Of a DNA stretch of 64,000 nucleotides, positions 41,645 to 51,285 are shown one piece after another (the first letter of the stretch is position 1; every line of letters begins with the position of its first letter). The notes under the pieces are model-generated. The model searched no databases. It saw only the letters and a list, made by a program, of their open reading frames with translations, and had not been told where the DNA came from. The translations under genes and the position numbers were made by a program. This DNA is from Gammaproteobacteria bacterium (GTDB lineage: Bacteria; Pseudomonadota; Gammaproteobacteria; Ga0077536): NCBI GenBank assembly GCA_050186725.1, contig JBFWYG010000008.1, positions 32,899 through 96,898 of the forward strand. Reading direction: 5' to 3'.

Positions 41645-42816
41645 GACGCCGCCGGCGACGAGCTCTGGGTCGCGGCCTGGTCGGCCTTCTCCATGGGCAC
41701 GCTGCTCGGCGTCACCGGCGTACCGGGCCGCACGCGCTGCAGGCCGTTGACGACGATGCTCTCGCCGGCCTCGAGCCCGTCCTCGATCACCCGCAGGCCG
41801 CCCACCTTGCGGCCGATGTGCACCTCGCGGTAGTTCGCGACCTTGTCGTCGCCCACCACCAGCACGTAGCGCTTGCTCTGATCGGTGCCGATGGCGCGAT
41901 CGGCGACCATCACCACCTCGCGCGCCCCGGTGGCGGCCTCGAGCCGTACGCGGGCGAACAGCCCCGGCGTGAAACGCCGCTCGGTGTTCGGCAGCGTCGC
42001 GCGCAGGCGCACCGTGCCGCTCGCCGACTCGATGTTGTTGTCGACGAAGTTGAGTCGCGCCTCGTGGGGAAAGCCCTCTTCGTCGGCGAGCCCGACCGCG
42101 ACCTTGAGCGGCGTGCCGCGCGCGCCGGCGATGTACTTGAGATAGGCGCGCTCGTCGGCCTCGAAGGACACGTAGACCGGGTCGATGGACACCAGGGTGG
42201 TCAACACCGGCGAGTCGGCGCTCTCGCCCTGCACCAGGTTGCCGACCGTGATCTCGTCCTTGCCGACACGCCCGGCGATGGGCGCGGTGACGCGCGTGTA
42301 GCCCAGGTCGAGCCGCGCGCGGGCCAAGGTCGCGCGGTTCGCGCCGCGGCCCGCCTCGAGATTCTTCACCAGCGCGACGGCCGCGTCGTACTCGCGCCGG
42401 CTGGTCGCCTGGGTTTCGAGCATCTGCGCCTGACGCTTGCTCTCGGTGCGTGCCAGCGCGAGTTGTGCCTCGGTCGCGGCCAGTGCGGCCTCGGCTTCGG
42501 CGACCCGCGCCTTGAACGGGCGCGCGTCGAGTTCGTAGAGGAGATCCCCGGCCGCCACCTCGCTGCCGGGCTTGAACGCCACGCGCTCGACGTAGCCGTT
42601 GACCCGCGCGCGCACGCGCACTGCCTGGATCGCCTCGATGCGGCCCGGAAACTCGTCGCTGTCCAGCACTTCTCGGGTGATCGCGGCCGCCACCGTCACG
42701 GGCGGCGCGCCGCCAGGCGGCGCGGCCGGTGGCGTTTCGGGCTTCTGGCAGGCGACGAGCAGGGCGAGCGCGAGCAGGCTGGCCGCGCTCGAGGCGCGGC
42801 GCGGGGTCGAGGGCAT
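41641..42816 (-). CDS. RND efflux periplasmic adaptor (MFP, AcrA/MexA-like)
   Basis: Lipoprotein signal ASLLALALLVAC; biotinyl/lipoyl, alpha-hairpin and beta-barrel MFP domains. Start at the internal Met (42816). Confidence 0.85.
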   Translation of the reverse strand: MPSTPRRASSAASLLALALLVACQKPETPPAAPPGGAPPVTVAAAITREVLDSDEFPGRIEAIQAVRVRARVNGYVERVAFKPGSEVAAGDLLYELDARPFKARVAEAEAALAATEAQLALARTESKRQAQMLETQATSRREYDAAVALVKNLEAGRGANRATLARARLDLGYTRVTAPIAGRVGKDEITVGNLVQGESADSPVLTTLVSIDPVYVSFEADERAYLKYIAGARGTPLKVAVGLADEEGFPHEARLNFVDNNIESASGTVRLRATLPNTERRFTPGLFARVRLEAATGAREVVMVADRAIGTDQSKRYVLVVGDDKVANYREVHIGRKVGGLRVIEDGLEAGESIVVNGLQRVRPGTPVTPSSVPMEKADQAATQSSSPAAS

Positions 42817-42921
42817 CAGGACGGTCCGGGCATGAATCCTCGGCACGTTATGACATTTGTGCGGCGCGGGCAAACCGCGCGCGGGGCAGGAAAAATGCCC
42901 CAGATAGATCAGGGTTGCGCG

Positions 42922-43935
42922 CTAGGCCGCGCGCACCTCGAGCACCAGCTTGCCCATGTGATCGCTCGCCTCCATCAGTCGATGGGCGTCGGCGGCGGCG
43001 GCCAGGGGGAAACGCGCATGCACGTGGCTGCGCAGGCGACCATCGGCCAGGAGCGGCCAGAAATCGCGCAGCACGGCCCGCGCGATGGCGGCCTTGCGCG
43101 CCACCGGCTGCGGACGCAGCGTCGAACCTGTGATGGTCAGTCGCTTGGGCAGCAGGTAGGCGAAATTGACCTCGGTCGTCGCGCCCAGCAGGAAGGCGAT
43201 CATCGCGTAACGGCCGTCGTTGCCGAGCAGTCGCAGGTTCTTCATGACGTAGGGCCCGGCGACCATGTCGAGCACCACGTCCACGCCGCGCGGGCGGGTC
43301 AGGTCCTTGACCGTCGCCTCCCAGTCGCCCTCGCGGTAGTTGAGCGCGTGATCGGCGCCCATGCTCGTGCAGTAGGCGAGCTTGTCCGCCGAGCCGGCGG
43401 TGGTGATCACCGTCGCACCCCAGGCCTTGGCGACCTGGATGGCGGTCGAGCCGATGCCGCTGCTGCCGCCGTGGATGAGCACCGTCTCCCCCGCCGCGAG
43501 GCGCGCGCGCTCGATGAGATTGTGGTGCACGGTGAAGAGCGTTTCAGGCAGGGTCGCGGCCTCCGCCGCCGACAACCCGGCCGGCCAGGGCAGGCAGTGC
43601 GCGGCATTGGCCGCGCAATACTCGGCATAGCCGCCGCCATGGGTCAGCGCGACCACCCGCTCCCCCAGCGCCCAGGCTTCGACCGCCGGGCCGCGCGCCA
43701 CCACCACGCCCGCCACTTCGAGCCCGGGCAGCGGACTCGCGTCCGGCGGCACCGGGTAGTGGCCGGCGCGCTGCAGGCAGTCGGGTCGATTCACACCCGC
43801 CGCCGCGACCTCGATCAGCACCTCGTCGTCGCGCAGCGTCGGCAGCGGCACGCGCACCGGCGTCAGGACCTCCGGCCCGCCGGGCTGACTGACGGCGACG
43901 GCCTGCATGTCGGTGGGGAGGGTGGTGTGGGACAT
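42922..43935 (-). CDS. NADPH:quinone oxidoreductase (MDR/zeta-crystallin family)
   Basis: GSSGIGSTAIQVAKAWGA cofactor-binding motif, typical Qor size. Confidence 0.75.
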   Translation of the reverse strand: MSHTTLPTDMQAVAVSQPGGPEVLTPVRVPLPTLRDDEVLIEVAAAGVNRPDCLQRAGHYPVPPDASPLPGLEVAGVVVARGPAVEAWALGERVVALTHGGGYAEYCAANAAHCLPWPAGLSAAEAATLPETLFTVHHNLIERARLAAGETVLIHGGSSGIGSTAIQVAKAWGATVITTAGSADKLAYCTSMGADHALNYREGDWEATVKDLTRPRGVDVVLDMVAGPYVMKNLRLLGNDGRYAMIAFLLGATTEVNFAYLLPKRLTITGSTLRPQPVARKAAIARAVLRDFWPLLADGRLRSHVHARFPLAAAADAHRLMEASDHMGKLVLEVRAA

Positions 43936-43986
43936 GACAAGAGATCTCGGTGGTGGCGGGCGAGAGATTCTAGCCGCAGAACCCCT

Positions 43987-44165
43987 TGTAGGTCGGACTT
44001 GCACCCGACATTCGTCCTGGAGCACCTCGTGACGCTCTGGAAACGAATGGCCGATTGAAATCGGCCCTACAACCCCGGCAACTGTAGGGCGGGTTTCAGC
44101 CCGCCATTCGGTTCCAGAGCATCGAACATGGGCCCTGCACGAATGTCGGGCTGAAGCCCGACCTA
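43987..44165. repeat. REP-like element, three-hairpin composite copy
   Basis: GGCCGATTGAAATCGGCC, GTAGGGCGGGTTTCAGCCCGCC, TCGGGCTGAAGCCCGA. Confidence 0.75.
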
Positions 44166-44192
44166 CGGGATCGCCCCCGCCGCCTTCAGTAG

Positions 44193-45179
<987 letters not shown>

Positions 45180-45206
45180 ACGTCACTCACGTGCTTCCCG
45201 CGCCCC

Positions 45207-45297
45207 GTTGTAGGGCGGGTTTCAACCCGCCATTCCTGTTCCAGAACGGTGGTCGCAGGTCTGAGACAAATGGCGGGTTGAAACCCGCCCTACAGGG
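45207..45297. repeat. REP-like element copy
   Basis: GTAGGGCGGGTTTCAACCCGCC ATTCCTGTTCCAGAAC ... GGCGGGTTGAAACCCGCCCTACA. Confidence 0.75.
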
Positions 45298-45320
45298 AGC
45301 CGCGGTTTAGAGCGGTACGT

Positions 45321-45953
45321 TCAGCCCGGATACCGGGATTTCAGTCCCTGGTACACCGCCTCGCGAAAATCCGGCCGCGTGCTGTCGAGCGCTTCCATCA
45401 GCTCGTGCAGCACCTCGTTGTCTTCGCGGCCGTGCCACACTTTGACGTAGTCGCCGCGCTTATAGCCGTGATCCTGGCGGAACACGTTCAGCACGTTCTT
45501 CGCCACGTAGGCACGGTACAGGTCATCGAAGTCGCGCTCGCAGGCCGCGAGCAGGTTGCGCACCGAGCCGACCGCGAAACGCTGCTCGCCGACCGCCGCC
45601 TGGGCCAGGCGTTCGACTTCCTGAAGGAAGGGCAGTGCCGGCGGCGGCGCGTGCCACTCGTCGACGATGGCGCCGGCGATGGCGCGCCAGTCACGCCGCG
45701 CGTCGATGCGCAGGCTGAGGCCGAAGTGCCAGATGTCGACTATTTCCAGCACCACCTGTGGAATGTCGGGCGTCGAATGCTTCCACCATTTCCAGCCGCC
45801 GTAGTGATCCATGAGTTCGGCGCACTCGATCCAGATGGCGCGATACCACTCGCGGTCACGCTCCAGCCAATCGGCATCGACGTGACGATTCATCTCGTCC
45901 TGCATGCCGAGCATCACGCAGGTCTGCTCCAACATCGCTTCGCGCGTGCGCAT
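45321..45953 (-). CDS. All-alpha NTP pyrophosphatase, dimeric-dUTPase-like (dUTPase_2 / MazG-like superfamily), tentative
   Basis: 210 aa, Trp/Glu/Asp-rich helical protein (EWYRAIWIECAELMDHYGGWKWWK, VLEIVDIWHFGLSL) resembling dimeric dUTPase-family proteins. Assignment by eye only. Confidence 0.4.
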   Translation of the reverse strand: MRTREAMLEQTCVMLGMQDEMNRHVDADWLERDREWYRAIWIECAELMDHYGGWKWWKHSTPDIPQVVLEIVDIWHFGLSLRIDARRDWRAIAGAIVDEWHAPPPALPFLQEVERLAQAAVGEQRFAVGSVRNLLAACERDFDDLYRAYVAKNVLNVFRQDHGYKRGDYVKVWHGREDNEVLHELMEALDSTRPDFREAVYQGLKSRYPG

Positions 45954-45998
45954 GAAAGGGAATCCCGCTGTCCGAACCAGGCGCGAGTATAGCCGTCC

Positions 45999-47948
45999 TC
46001 AAGCGTCGGCGAAGAAGGCCTGTACCACGGCCAGGTCCTCGGTCAGCGGCATGGGCGGCAGCGACGCCAGGAAGGTGCGGCCGTAGCTTTTGCGCCTGAG
46101 GCGCACGTCACCGATCATCAGCACGCCGCGGTCGTCCACGTCGCGGATCAACCGACCGGCGCCCTGCTTGAGCGTCGTCACCGCGTCGGGCAGGGTGAGC
46201 GCGCGGAACGGGTTCTCGCCCGCCGCGGCGAGCGCCGCGCTGCGCGCGCGCATCACCGGATCGTCCGGCACGCCAAAGGGCAGCTTGTCGATGATCACCA
46301 GCGACAGGCGCTCGCCGCGCACGTCCACCCCTTCCCAGAAGGTCGCGGTGCCCAGCAGCACCGCGTTGTCGGTGGTCTGGAAACGGCGCAGGAGTTCGCT
46401 GCGCGGCGCCTCGCCCTGCACCAGCAGTGGATAGGGCAAGGCCTCGCGCAGCAGCGCCGCGCAGAGATCGAGCGAGCGGTAACTCGTGAACAGGAAGAAC
46501 GCGCGGCCCTGGCTCGCGCGCAGCACCGGCAGCGCGGCCTCCACCAGCTCGCGCTCGAAGTCCCGGTCGCGCGGCTCCCGCGCGAGCCGCGGCACGTACA
46601 AGAGCGCCTGGTGCGCATAGTCGAAGGGACTCGCCCACAGCGCCTGGCGTGCGTGCTCGATGCCGAGCGCGCCCAGGAAATGCTCGAAGCGCCCCTCCAC
46701 CGCGAGCGTCGCCGAGGTCATCACCCAGGCGGCCTGCGACAGGCCGAGGTGCTGGGCGAAGTCGGCCGCCACCGACACCGGCGTGTCGTGCAGGGTGAGA
46801 TTGCGCGCGCCGATTTCGACCCAGCGCACGCGCTCGGCCTCGCCCGCCGCGCTGAAGCGCGTCCAGCGCGCGCGCAGATCCGTCATGCGCTCGGCGAGGC
46901 TCGCGAGCAGCGTGCCGCGACCGGCGGCGAGTTCCAGCATGGCCTCGAGTTCGGCCAGCGCCTCGTCGAAGGCCTGCACCGCGAACGGCAGCGCGCGCTC
47001 CTCGCACAGCGCCGGCCAGTCGACGCGGCGCGGCTGGTTGCCGCAGGCGTCGCGCAGCGCGCCGAGCGCGCGTTCCAGACTGCCCACCGCGACCTTGAGC
47101 GCGGGCATGTCCGGCGCCTCGTCCTCGGCGCCGATGCGCGCGTCGCGCAGCAGGCTGCCGAGCTGCTGGGCGGAAAGGCTGTGGCTGAAGAAGGTCGAGG
47201 CGATGTCCGGCACCTTGTGCGCCTCGTCCAGCACGATCACGTCGGCGTTGGGCAGCAGTTCGGCGAAGCCGGTCTCGCGCAGCACGAGATCCGCGAACAA
47301 GAGGTGATGGTTGACCACCACCACGTCGGCCGCCGCCGCGGCACGCCGCGCCTTGGCGACGAAACAGTCCTCGTAGCGCGGACAGTCCTGGCCGAGGCAG
47401 TTGTCGGTGGTGGACGTCACCAGCGCGCGCAGCTGCGGATCCTCGTCCAGCAGCCGCGCCTCCTCGAGATCGCCGCTGCGCGAATTGCCGGCCCAGCGCT
47501 CGAGGTGCGCGAGCTGCGGCACGCGACGCGGATCGAGTTCGAGGCTCGCGCGCGCCCGCTCGAGGCGATAGAGACACACGTAGTTCTGGCGGCCCTTCAA
47601 GAGCGCGACCTCGACGTCCGCGCCGAGGGCGTCCTGCACCAGCGGCAGGTCGCGATGAAAGAGCTGATCCTGCAGGGTCTTGGTGGCGGTGGAGAGAATG
47701 GCCTTGAGCCCCGAGGCCAGCACCGGCACCAGGTAGGCGAAGGTCTTGCCGGTGCCGGTGCCCGCTTCGCACACCAGCACCTCGCGGCGCGCCAGCGTGC
47801 GGGCCACCACGCTGGCCATCTCCTGCTGCACCTCGCGCGGTCTGAAGCCGGGCACGAGGCGCGCGAACGGGCCGCTCTCGCCGAGCAGCATCGCGGCCGT
47901 CGCGGCCGGCGCGTCGTCCTCGCCCGGTGCGGCCCGCGAGACGCTCAA
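45999..47948 (-). CDS. dinG: DinG/YoaA-family ATP-dependent DNA helicase (Rad3-like, Fe-S)
   Basis: 649 aa; Walker A CEAGTGTGKTFAYL, DEAH box VVLDEAHKV, Fe-S cluster Cys (CLGQDCPRYEDC), helicase C-terminal motifs. Confidence 0.85.
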   Translation of the reverse strand: MSVSRAAPGEDDAPAATAAMLLGESGPFARLVPGFRPREVQQEMASVVARTLARREVLVCEAGTGTGKTFAYLVPVLASGLKAILSTATKTLQDQLFHRDLPLVQDALGADVEVALLKGRQNYVCLYRLERARASLELDPRRVPQLAHLERWAGNSRSGDLEEARLLDEDPQLRALVTSTTDNCLGQDCPRYEDCFVAKARRAAAAADVVVVNHHLLFADLVLRETGFAELLPNADVIVLDEAHKVPDIASTFFSHSLSAQQLGSLLRDARIGAEDEAPDMPALKVAVGSLERALGALRDACGNQPRRVDWPALCEERALPFAVQAFDEALAELEAMLELAAGRGTLLASLAERMTDLRARWTRFSAAGEAERVRWVEIGARNLTLHDTPVSVAADFAQHLGLSQAAWVMTSATLAVEGRFEHFLGALGIEHARQALWASPFDYAHQALLYVPRLAREPRDRDFERELVEAALPVLRASQGRAFFLFTSYRSLDLCAALLREALPYPLLVQGEAPRSELLRRFQTTDNAVLLGTATFWEGVDVRGERLSLVIIDKLPFGVPDDPVMRARSAALAAAGENPFRALTLPDAVTTLKQGAGRLIRDVDDRGVLMIGDVRLRRKSYGRTFLASLPPMPLTEDLAVVQAFFADA

Positions 47949-48439
47949 CGGGATGGCGCGTCGCCGGTCACGCCGTCACGGCTCCACAGGCAGCGGCCCA
48001 CCATGCGAAAGCGGCCCACCGACACCGTGCCGCGCTTGTTGGGCGTGGCTTCCGCGAGCGCCGCCTCGAGCGCGCCGCGCGAGGCTTCGTGGATCTCCAC
48101 CGGCTCGTAGTTCTCGTCCATCAGCACGAGCAGCGCCGCGTCCCAGGGCTTGTCCAGCTTGAGCTGGCCCAGGCGATGGGGTCGCCGCGTGTCGTCGAAC
48201 ACCGCGCGCGCCTTGACCTGCAGCCGCTCTGCGCGACCATCGACCAGGCGCACCGCGTCGTAGCCTTCGGCGTCGGCGGGTGCCGGTTCCAGGCCCAGCA
48301 GGTGGATGGCGTCACTGACCGCGATCTCACCACTGATGGCCAGCGTCTTGCCGGTCGCGCGGCGGTACTCCGCCGCCAGGCGGCGCGCCTCGTTCATCAG
48401 CTTGTCGATTTCGTAGACACCCACGCCGCGCACCGTCAT
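47945..48439 (-). CDS. Hypothetical 164-aa protein, translationally coupled to dinG
   Basis: Natural-looking amino-acid composition compared with the antisense frame; stop overlaps the dinG start (47945-47948). No domain recognised by eye. Confidence 0.5.
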   Translation of the reverse strand: MTVRGVGVYEIDKLMNEARRLAAEYRRATGKTLAISGEIAVSDAIHLLGLEPAPADAEGYDAVRLVDGRAERLQVKARAVFDDTRRPHRLGQLKLDKPWDAALLVLMDENYEPVEIHEASRGALEAALAEATPNKRGTVSVGRFRMVGRCLWSRDGVTGDAPSR

Positions 48440-48495
48440 CGTCCGTCACGAACCGCGCGAGTTTAGCCTAAGTCGCTGATCGAGAAACAAGCAGC

Positions 48496-49461
48496 TCAGC
48501 CCGGCAGTTCATCGGCAAAGGCCGCGACCTGGTCGATGCGCGTGGCGCCCTCGAGCACCATCAAGAGCCGCTCCACGCCGAGCGCAACGCCGGCCGCGCG
48601 CGGCATGCCGGCGCGGAGCGCGTCCAGCCAGCGACTATCGAGCGCGACGTGAGGCAGGCCGCGCCGCGCGCGCAAGGCGTTCTCGGCGGCGAAACACGCG
48701 GCCTGCTCGGCGGCCTCGGTGATCTCGTGATAACCATTGGCGAGCTCCAAGCCATCGACCACCAGTTCGAAGCGCTCCGCGACCGGCGGCGACCCACCGC
48801 TCAGCCGCGCGTAGGCGCGCAGCTCGCAGGGGTAGTCATAGAGCAGCACCGCGCCGCGCGTCGCGAGCGCGGGCTCCAGCACCGTCGCGTAGAGGCAATC
48901 GAAGAGCAGCGCGCGGTCATCGCGCTCGTCGGCCGCGAGCGCCATGCCCTGGGCGGCGACCAGCGCAGCCAGGGCAGCAGTGTTCAAGCCGTGCGGTGAG
49001 ACGCCGAAGTGCTCGGCGAACAACTCGCCGTAGGCGAGCCGCGTCACCGGCGCCGCGTAACCGACCGCGCGCAGCAGCGCGTCGATCTCGTCCATGAGTC
49101 GCAGATGATCGAAGCCGACCCGGTACCACTCGAGCAGGGTGAACTCGCGCAGGTGACGACGGCCCAGTTCGTCACCGCGGAACACCGGACCCAGCTGGTA
49201 GATGTCGCCGCTGCCGGCGGCCAGCAGGCGCTTCATCGCGGACTCGGGCGAAGTCCGCAGGTAGCCGCGCCCGGCGCGGCTGCCCGGCAGTTCGACCGCG
49301 AGGTTGGCGAGCGTGGGCTCGGTGCTGGCGTGACTGGATAACAGCGGCGTGTCGACCTCGAGCACGCCGCGGGATGCGAAGAACGCGCGCAGCGTCGCGA
49401 GCGTGCGGGCTCGCGCGGCGAGCCTCGCCAGCGGCAGGCCGGGGCCCCAGGCGAAGGCCAT
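48496..49461 (-). CDS. epmA: EF-P--(R)-beta-lysine ligase EpmA (PoxA/GenX, LysRS class-II paralogue)
   Basis: 321 aa; class II aaRS motifs (FRGDELGRRHLREFTLLEWY), lacks an anticodon-binding domain; adjacent to efp. Confidence 0.85.
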   Translation of the reverse strand: MAFAWGPGLPLARLAARARTLATLRAFFASRGVLEVDTPLLSSHASTEPTLANLAVELPGSRAGRGYLRTSPESAMKRLLAAGSGDIYQLGPVFRGDELGRRHLREFTLLEWYRVGFDHLRLMDEIDALLRAVGYAAPVTRLAYGELFAEHFGVSPHGLNTAALAALVAAQGMALAADERDDRALLFDCLYATVLEPALATRGAVLLYDYPCELRAYARLSGGSPPVAERFELVVDGLELANGYHEITEAAEQAACFAAENALRARRGLPHVALDSRWLDALRAGMPRAAGVALGVERLLMVLEGATRIDQVAAFADELPG

Positions 49462-49477
49462 CAGCCTGAGCGCCGCG

Positions 49478-50047
49478 TCACTCCTTGGCGCGCGACACGT
49501 ACTCGCCGGTGCGGGTGTCGATCCTGAGCAGATCCCCCTGCTCGATGAAGAGCGGCACCTTGACCACCGCGCCGGTCTCCATGCGCGCCGGCTTGGTGCC
49601 GCCGGTGGCGGTGTCGCCGCGCAGACCGGGATCGGTCTCCTCGATGCGCAGCACGACGAAGTTCGGCGCGCTGACCGAAATCGGCACGTCGTTCCACAGC
49701 GTGACGCTGCACATCTCCTGGCCCTTCAGCCACTTCGCCGCGTCCGCCACCGCCGCCGCCGGCGCGATCAGCTGATCGAACGAGGTGGGATTCATGAAGT
49801 GGTATTCGTTGCCGTCGGTATAGAGGAACTGGAGTTCCAGGTCGACCACGTCGGCGCCCTCGGCGGTGTCGCCGGACTTCATGGTCTTCTCGATCACGCG
49901 GCCAGTCTTGAGATTGCGTATTTTGATACGATTGAACGCCTGGCCCTTGCCGGGCTTGACGAACTCGTTGTCCAGGATGGTGTAGGGATCGCCATCGAAC
50001 AGGAGCTTGAGTCCGGGCTTGAACTGGTTCGTGCTGAAAGTGGCCAT
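49478..50047 (-). CDS. efp: Elongation factor P
   Basis: 189 aa from [14 protein letters not shown]; conserved KPGKGQAF loop containing the modified Lys. Confidence 0.9.
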   Translation of the reverse strand: MATFSTNQFKPGLKLLFDGDPYTILDNEFVKPGKGQAFNRIKIRNLKTGRVIEKTMKSGDTAEGADVVDLELQFLYTDGNEYHFMNPTSFDQLIAPAAAVADAAKWLKGQEMCSVTLWNDVPISVSAPNFVVLRIEETDPGLRGDTATGGTKPARMETGAVVKVPLFIEQGDLLRIDTRTGEYVSRAKE

Positions 50048-50081
50048 AGACCTAGGTGATTCCGAAAATTTCGCGGCCGAC

Positions 50082-51107
50082 ATGATAGCGCGAAGCCCGC
50101 AGCCGGTGGGAACGCCGGGCTGGCAGGCGGCGCTGCGCGCGGCCTATCGCGACCCGCGCGCGCTGCTCGCCTACCTCGGTCTCGCGCCGGCCGACCTGGA
50201 CCTCGACCTCGATTCCCCGTTTCCCTTCCGCGTCACGCGCGAGTTTGCCGCGCGCATGCGCCCCGGCGACCCGCGCGATCCCCTGCTCCGCCAGGTGCTG
50301 CCGCTGGCCGCGGAGCGCGCCGCGGTCGCGGGCTTCATCGCCGATCCGCTCGCCGAACAGGCCGAGTTCGCCGACGGCGCGCTGCTCAGGAAGTACGCGG
50401 GGCGCGCGCTCCTGGTCACCACCGGCGCCTGCGCCATCCATTGCCGCTACTGCTTTCGTCGCGAGTTTCCCTATACGGAAGCCGCGGGCAACGCGAGAAT
50501 GACCGCCGCACTGTCCAGCCTGGCCGCCGATGCGAGCATCAACGAGGTGTTGCTGAGCGGCGGCGATCCGCTGTCTGTCGACGACGCGGCGCTGGCCGCC
50601 CTGCTCGCCCGCCTGCACGCCATTGCGCACCTGCAGCGCCTGCGCATCCATACACGCCTGCCGGTGGTGCTGCCGGCACGGGTCACGCCGCGGCTATGCA
50701 CGTTGCTGGCCGACTCGCGCTTCGCCGTCGCGCTGGTGCTGCACGTCAACCATGCGCGGGAGGTGGACGACAGCGTGCGGCACGCGTGCCGCGCGCTGCG
50801 CGCGGCGAACGTGACGCTGTTGAACCAGTCGGTGTTGCTGCGCGGGGTCAACGACGACGTCGACAGCCTGGCCGCGCTGTCCGAGACGCTGTTCGCGGCC
50901 GGCGTGCTGCCCTACTACGTGCATGCACTGGACGCCGTGCGCGGCGCCGCGCACTTCGACGCGGGCGACGCGCGGGGTCTCGCCCTCGAGCACGCGCTGC
51001 GCGCGCGCCTGCCGGGCTATCTCGTGCCGCGCTTCGTGCGCGAAGTGCCGGGCGCAGAGGCCAAGCTGCCGCTGACCACGATCGCGGACGCGCCGCGCAG
51101 GGCCTGA
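50082..51107 (+). CDS. epmB: EF-P beta-lysylation protein EpmB (lysine 2,3-aminomutase-like radical SAM)
   Basis: [13 protein letters not shown] radical-SAM CxxxCxxC; divergent from efp; internal Met start at 50082 chosen. Confidence 0.85.
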   Translation: MIARSPQPVGTPGWQAALRAAYRDPRALLAYLGLAPADLDLDLDSPFPFRVTREFAARMRPGDPRDPLLRQVLPLAAERAAVAGFIADPLAEQAEFADGALLRKYAGRALLVTTGACAIHCRYCFRREFPYTEAAGNARMTAALSSLAADASINEVLLSGGDPLSVDDAALAALLARLHAIAHLQRLRIHTRLPVVLPARVTPRLCTLLADSRFAVALVLHVNHAREVDDSVRHACRALRAANVTLLNQSVLLRGVNDDVDSLAALSETLFAAGVLPYYVHALDAVRGAAHFDAGDARGLALEHALRARLPGYLVPRFVREVPGAEAKLPLTTIADAPRRA

Positions 51108-51161
51108 CACGATCGCTGTCGTCGGCACAGTTTTTCACATGACATTGTTTGACACGCCAAC

Positions 51162-51177
51162 GCGGCGCGCGCGTGAC
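51162..51177. promoter_or_regulatory. Perfect 16-bp palindrome CGTGACCGCGGTCACG upstream of the RTX/FG-GAP gene; candidate regulator binding site
   Basis: Seen in sequence ~110 bp upstream of start 51286; a TTGACA hexamer lies ~20 bp further upstream. Confidence 0.3.
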
Positions 51178-51285
51178 CGCGGTCACGTTGCGCACGCCTT
51201 CGACAGGCAATAGTTCGCCCCCATCACGCACCGACCGGCGCCTCGCGCCAACGGTCGGCTCAGCTATCGAACGGAGAATGACGAC

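Noticed and set aside
45321-45953. Calling the 210-aa protein a bona fide dUTPase
   Set aside because: The resemblance to dimeric dUTPase/all-alpha NTP-PPase is by eye only. It is kept as a tentative family-level call, not a functional assignment.
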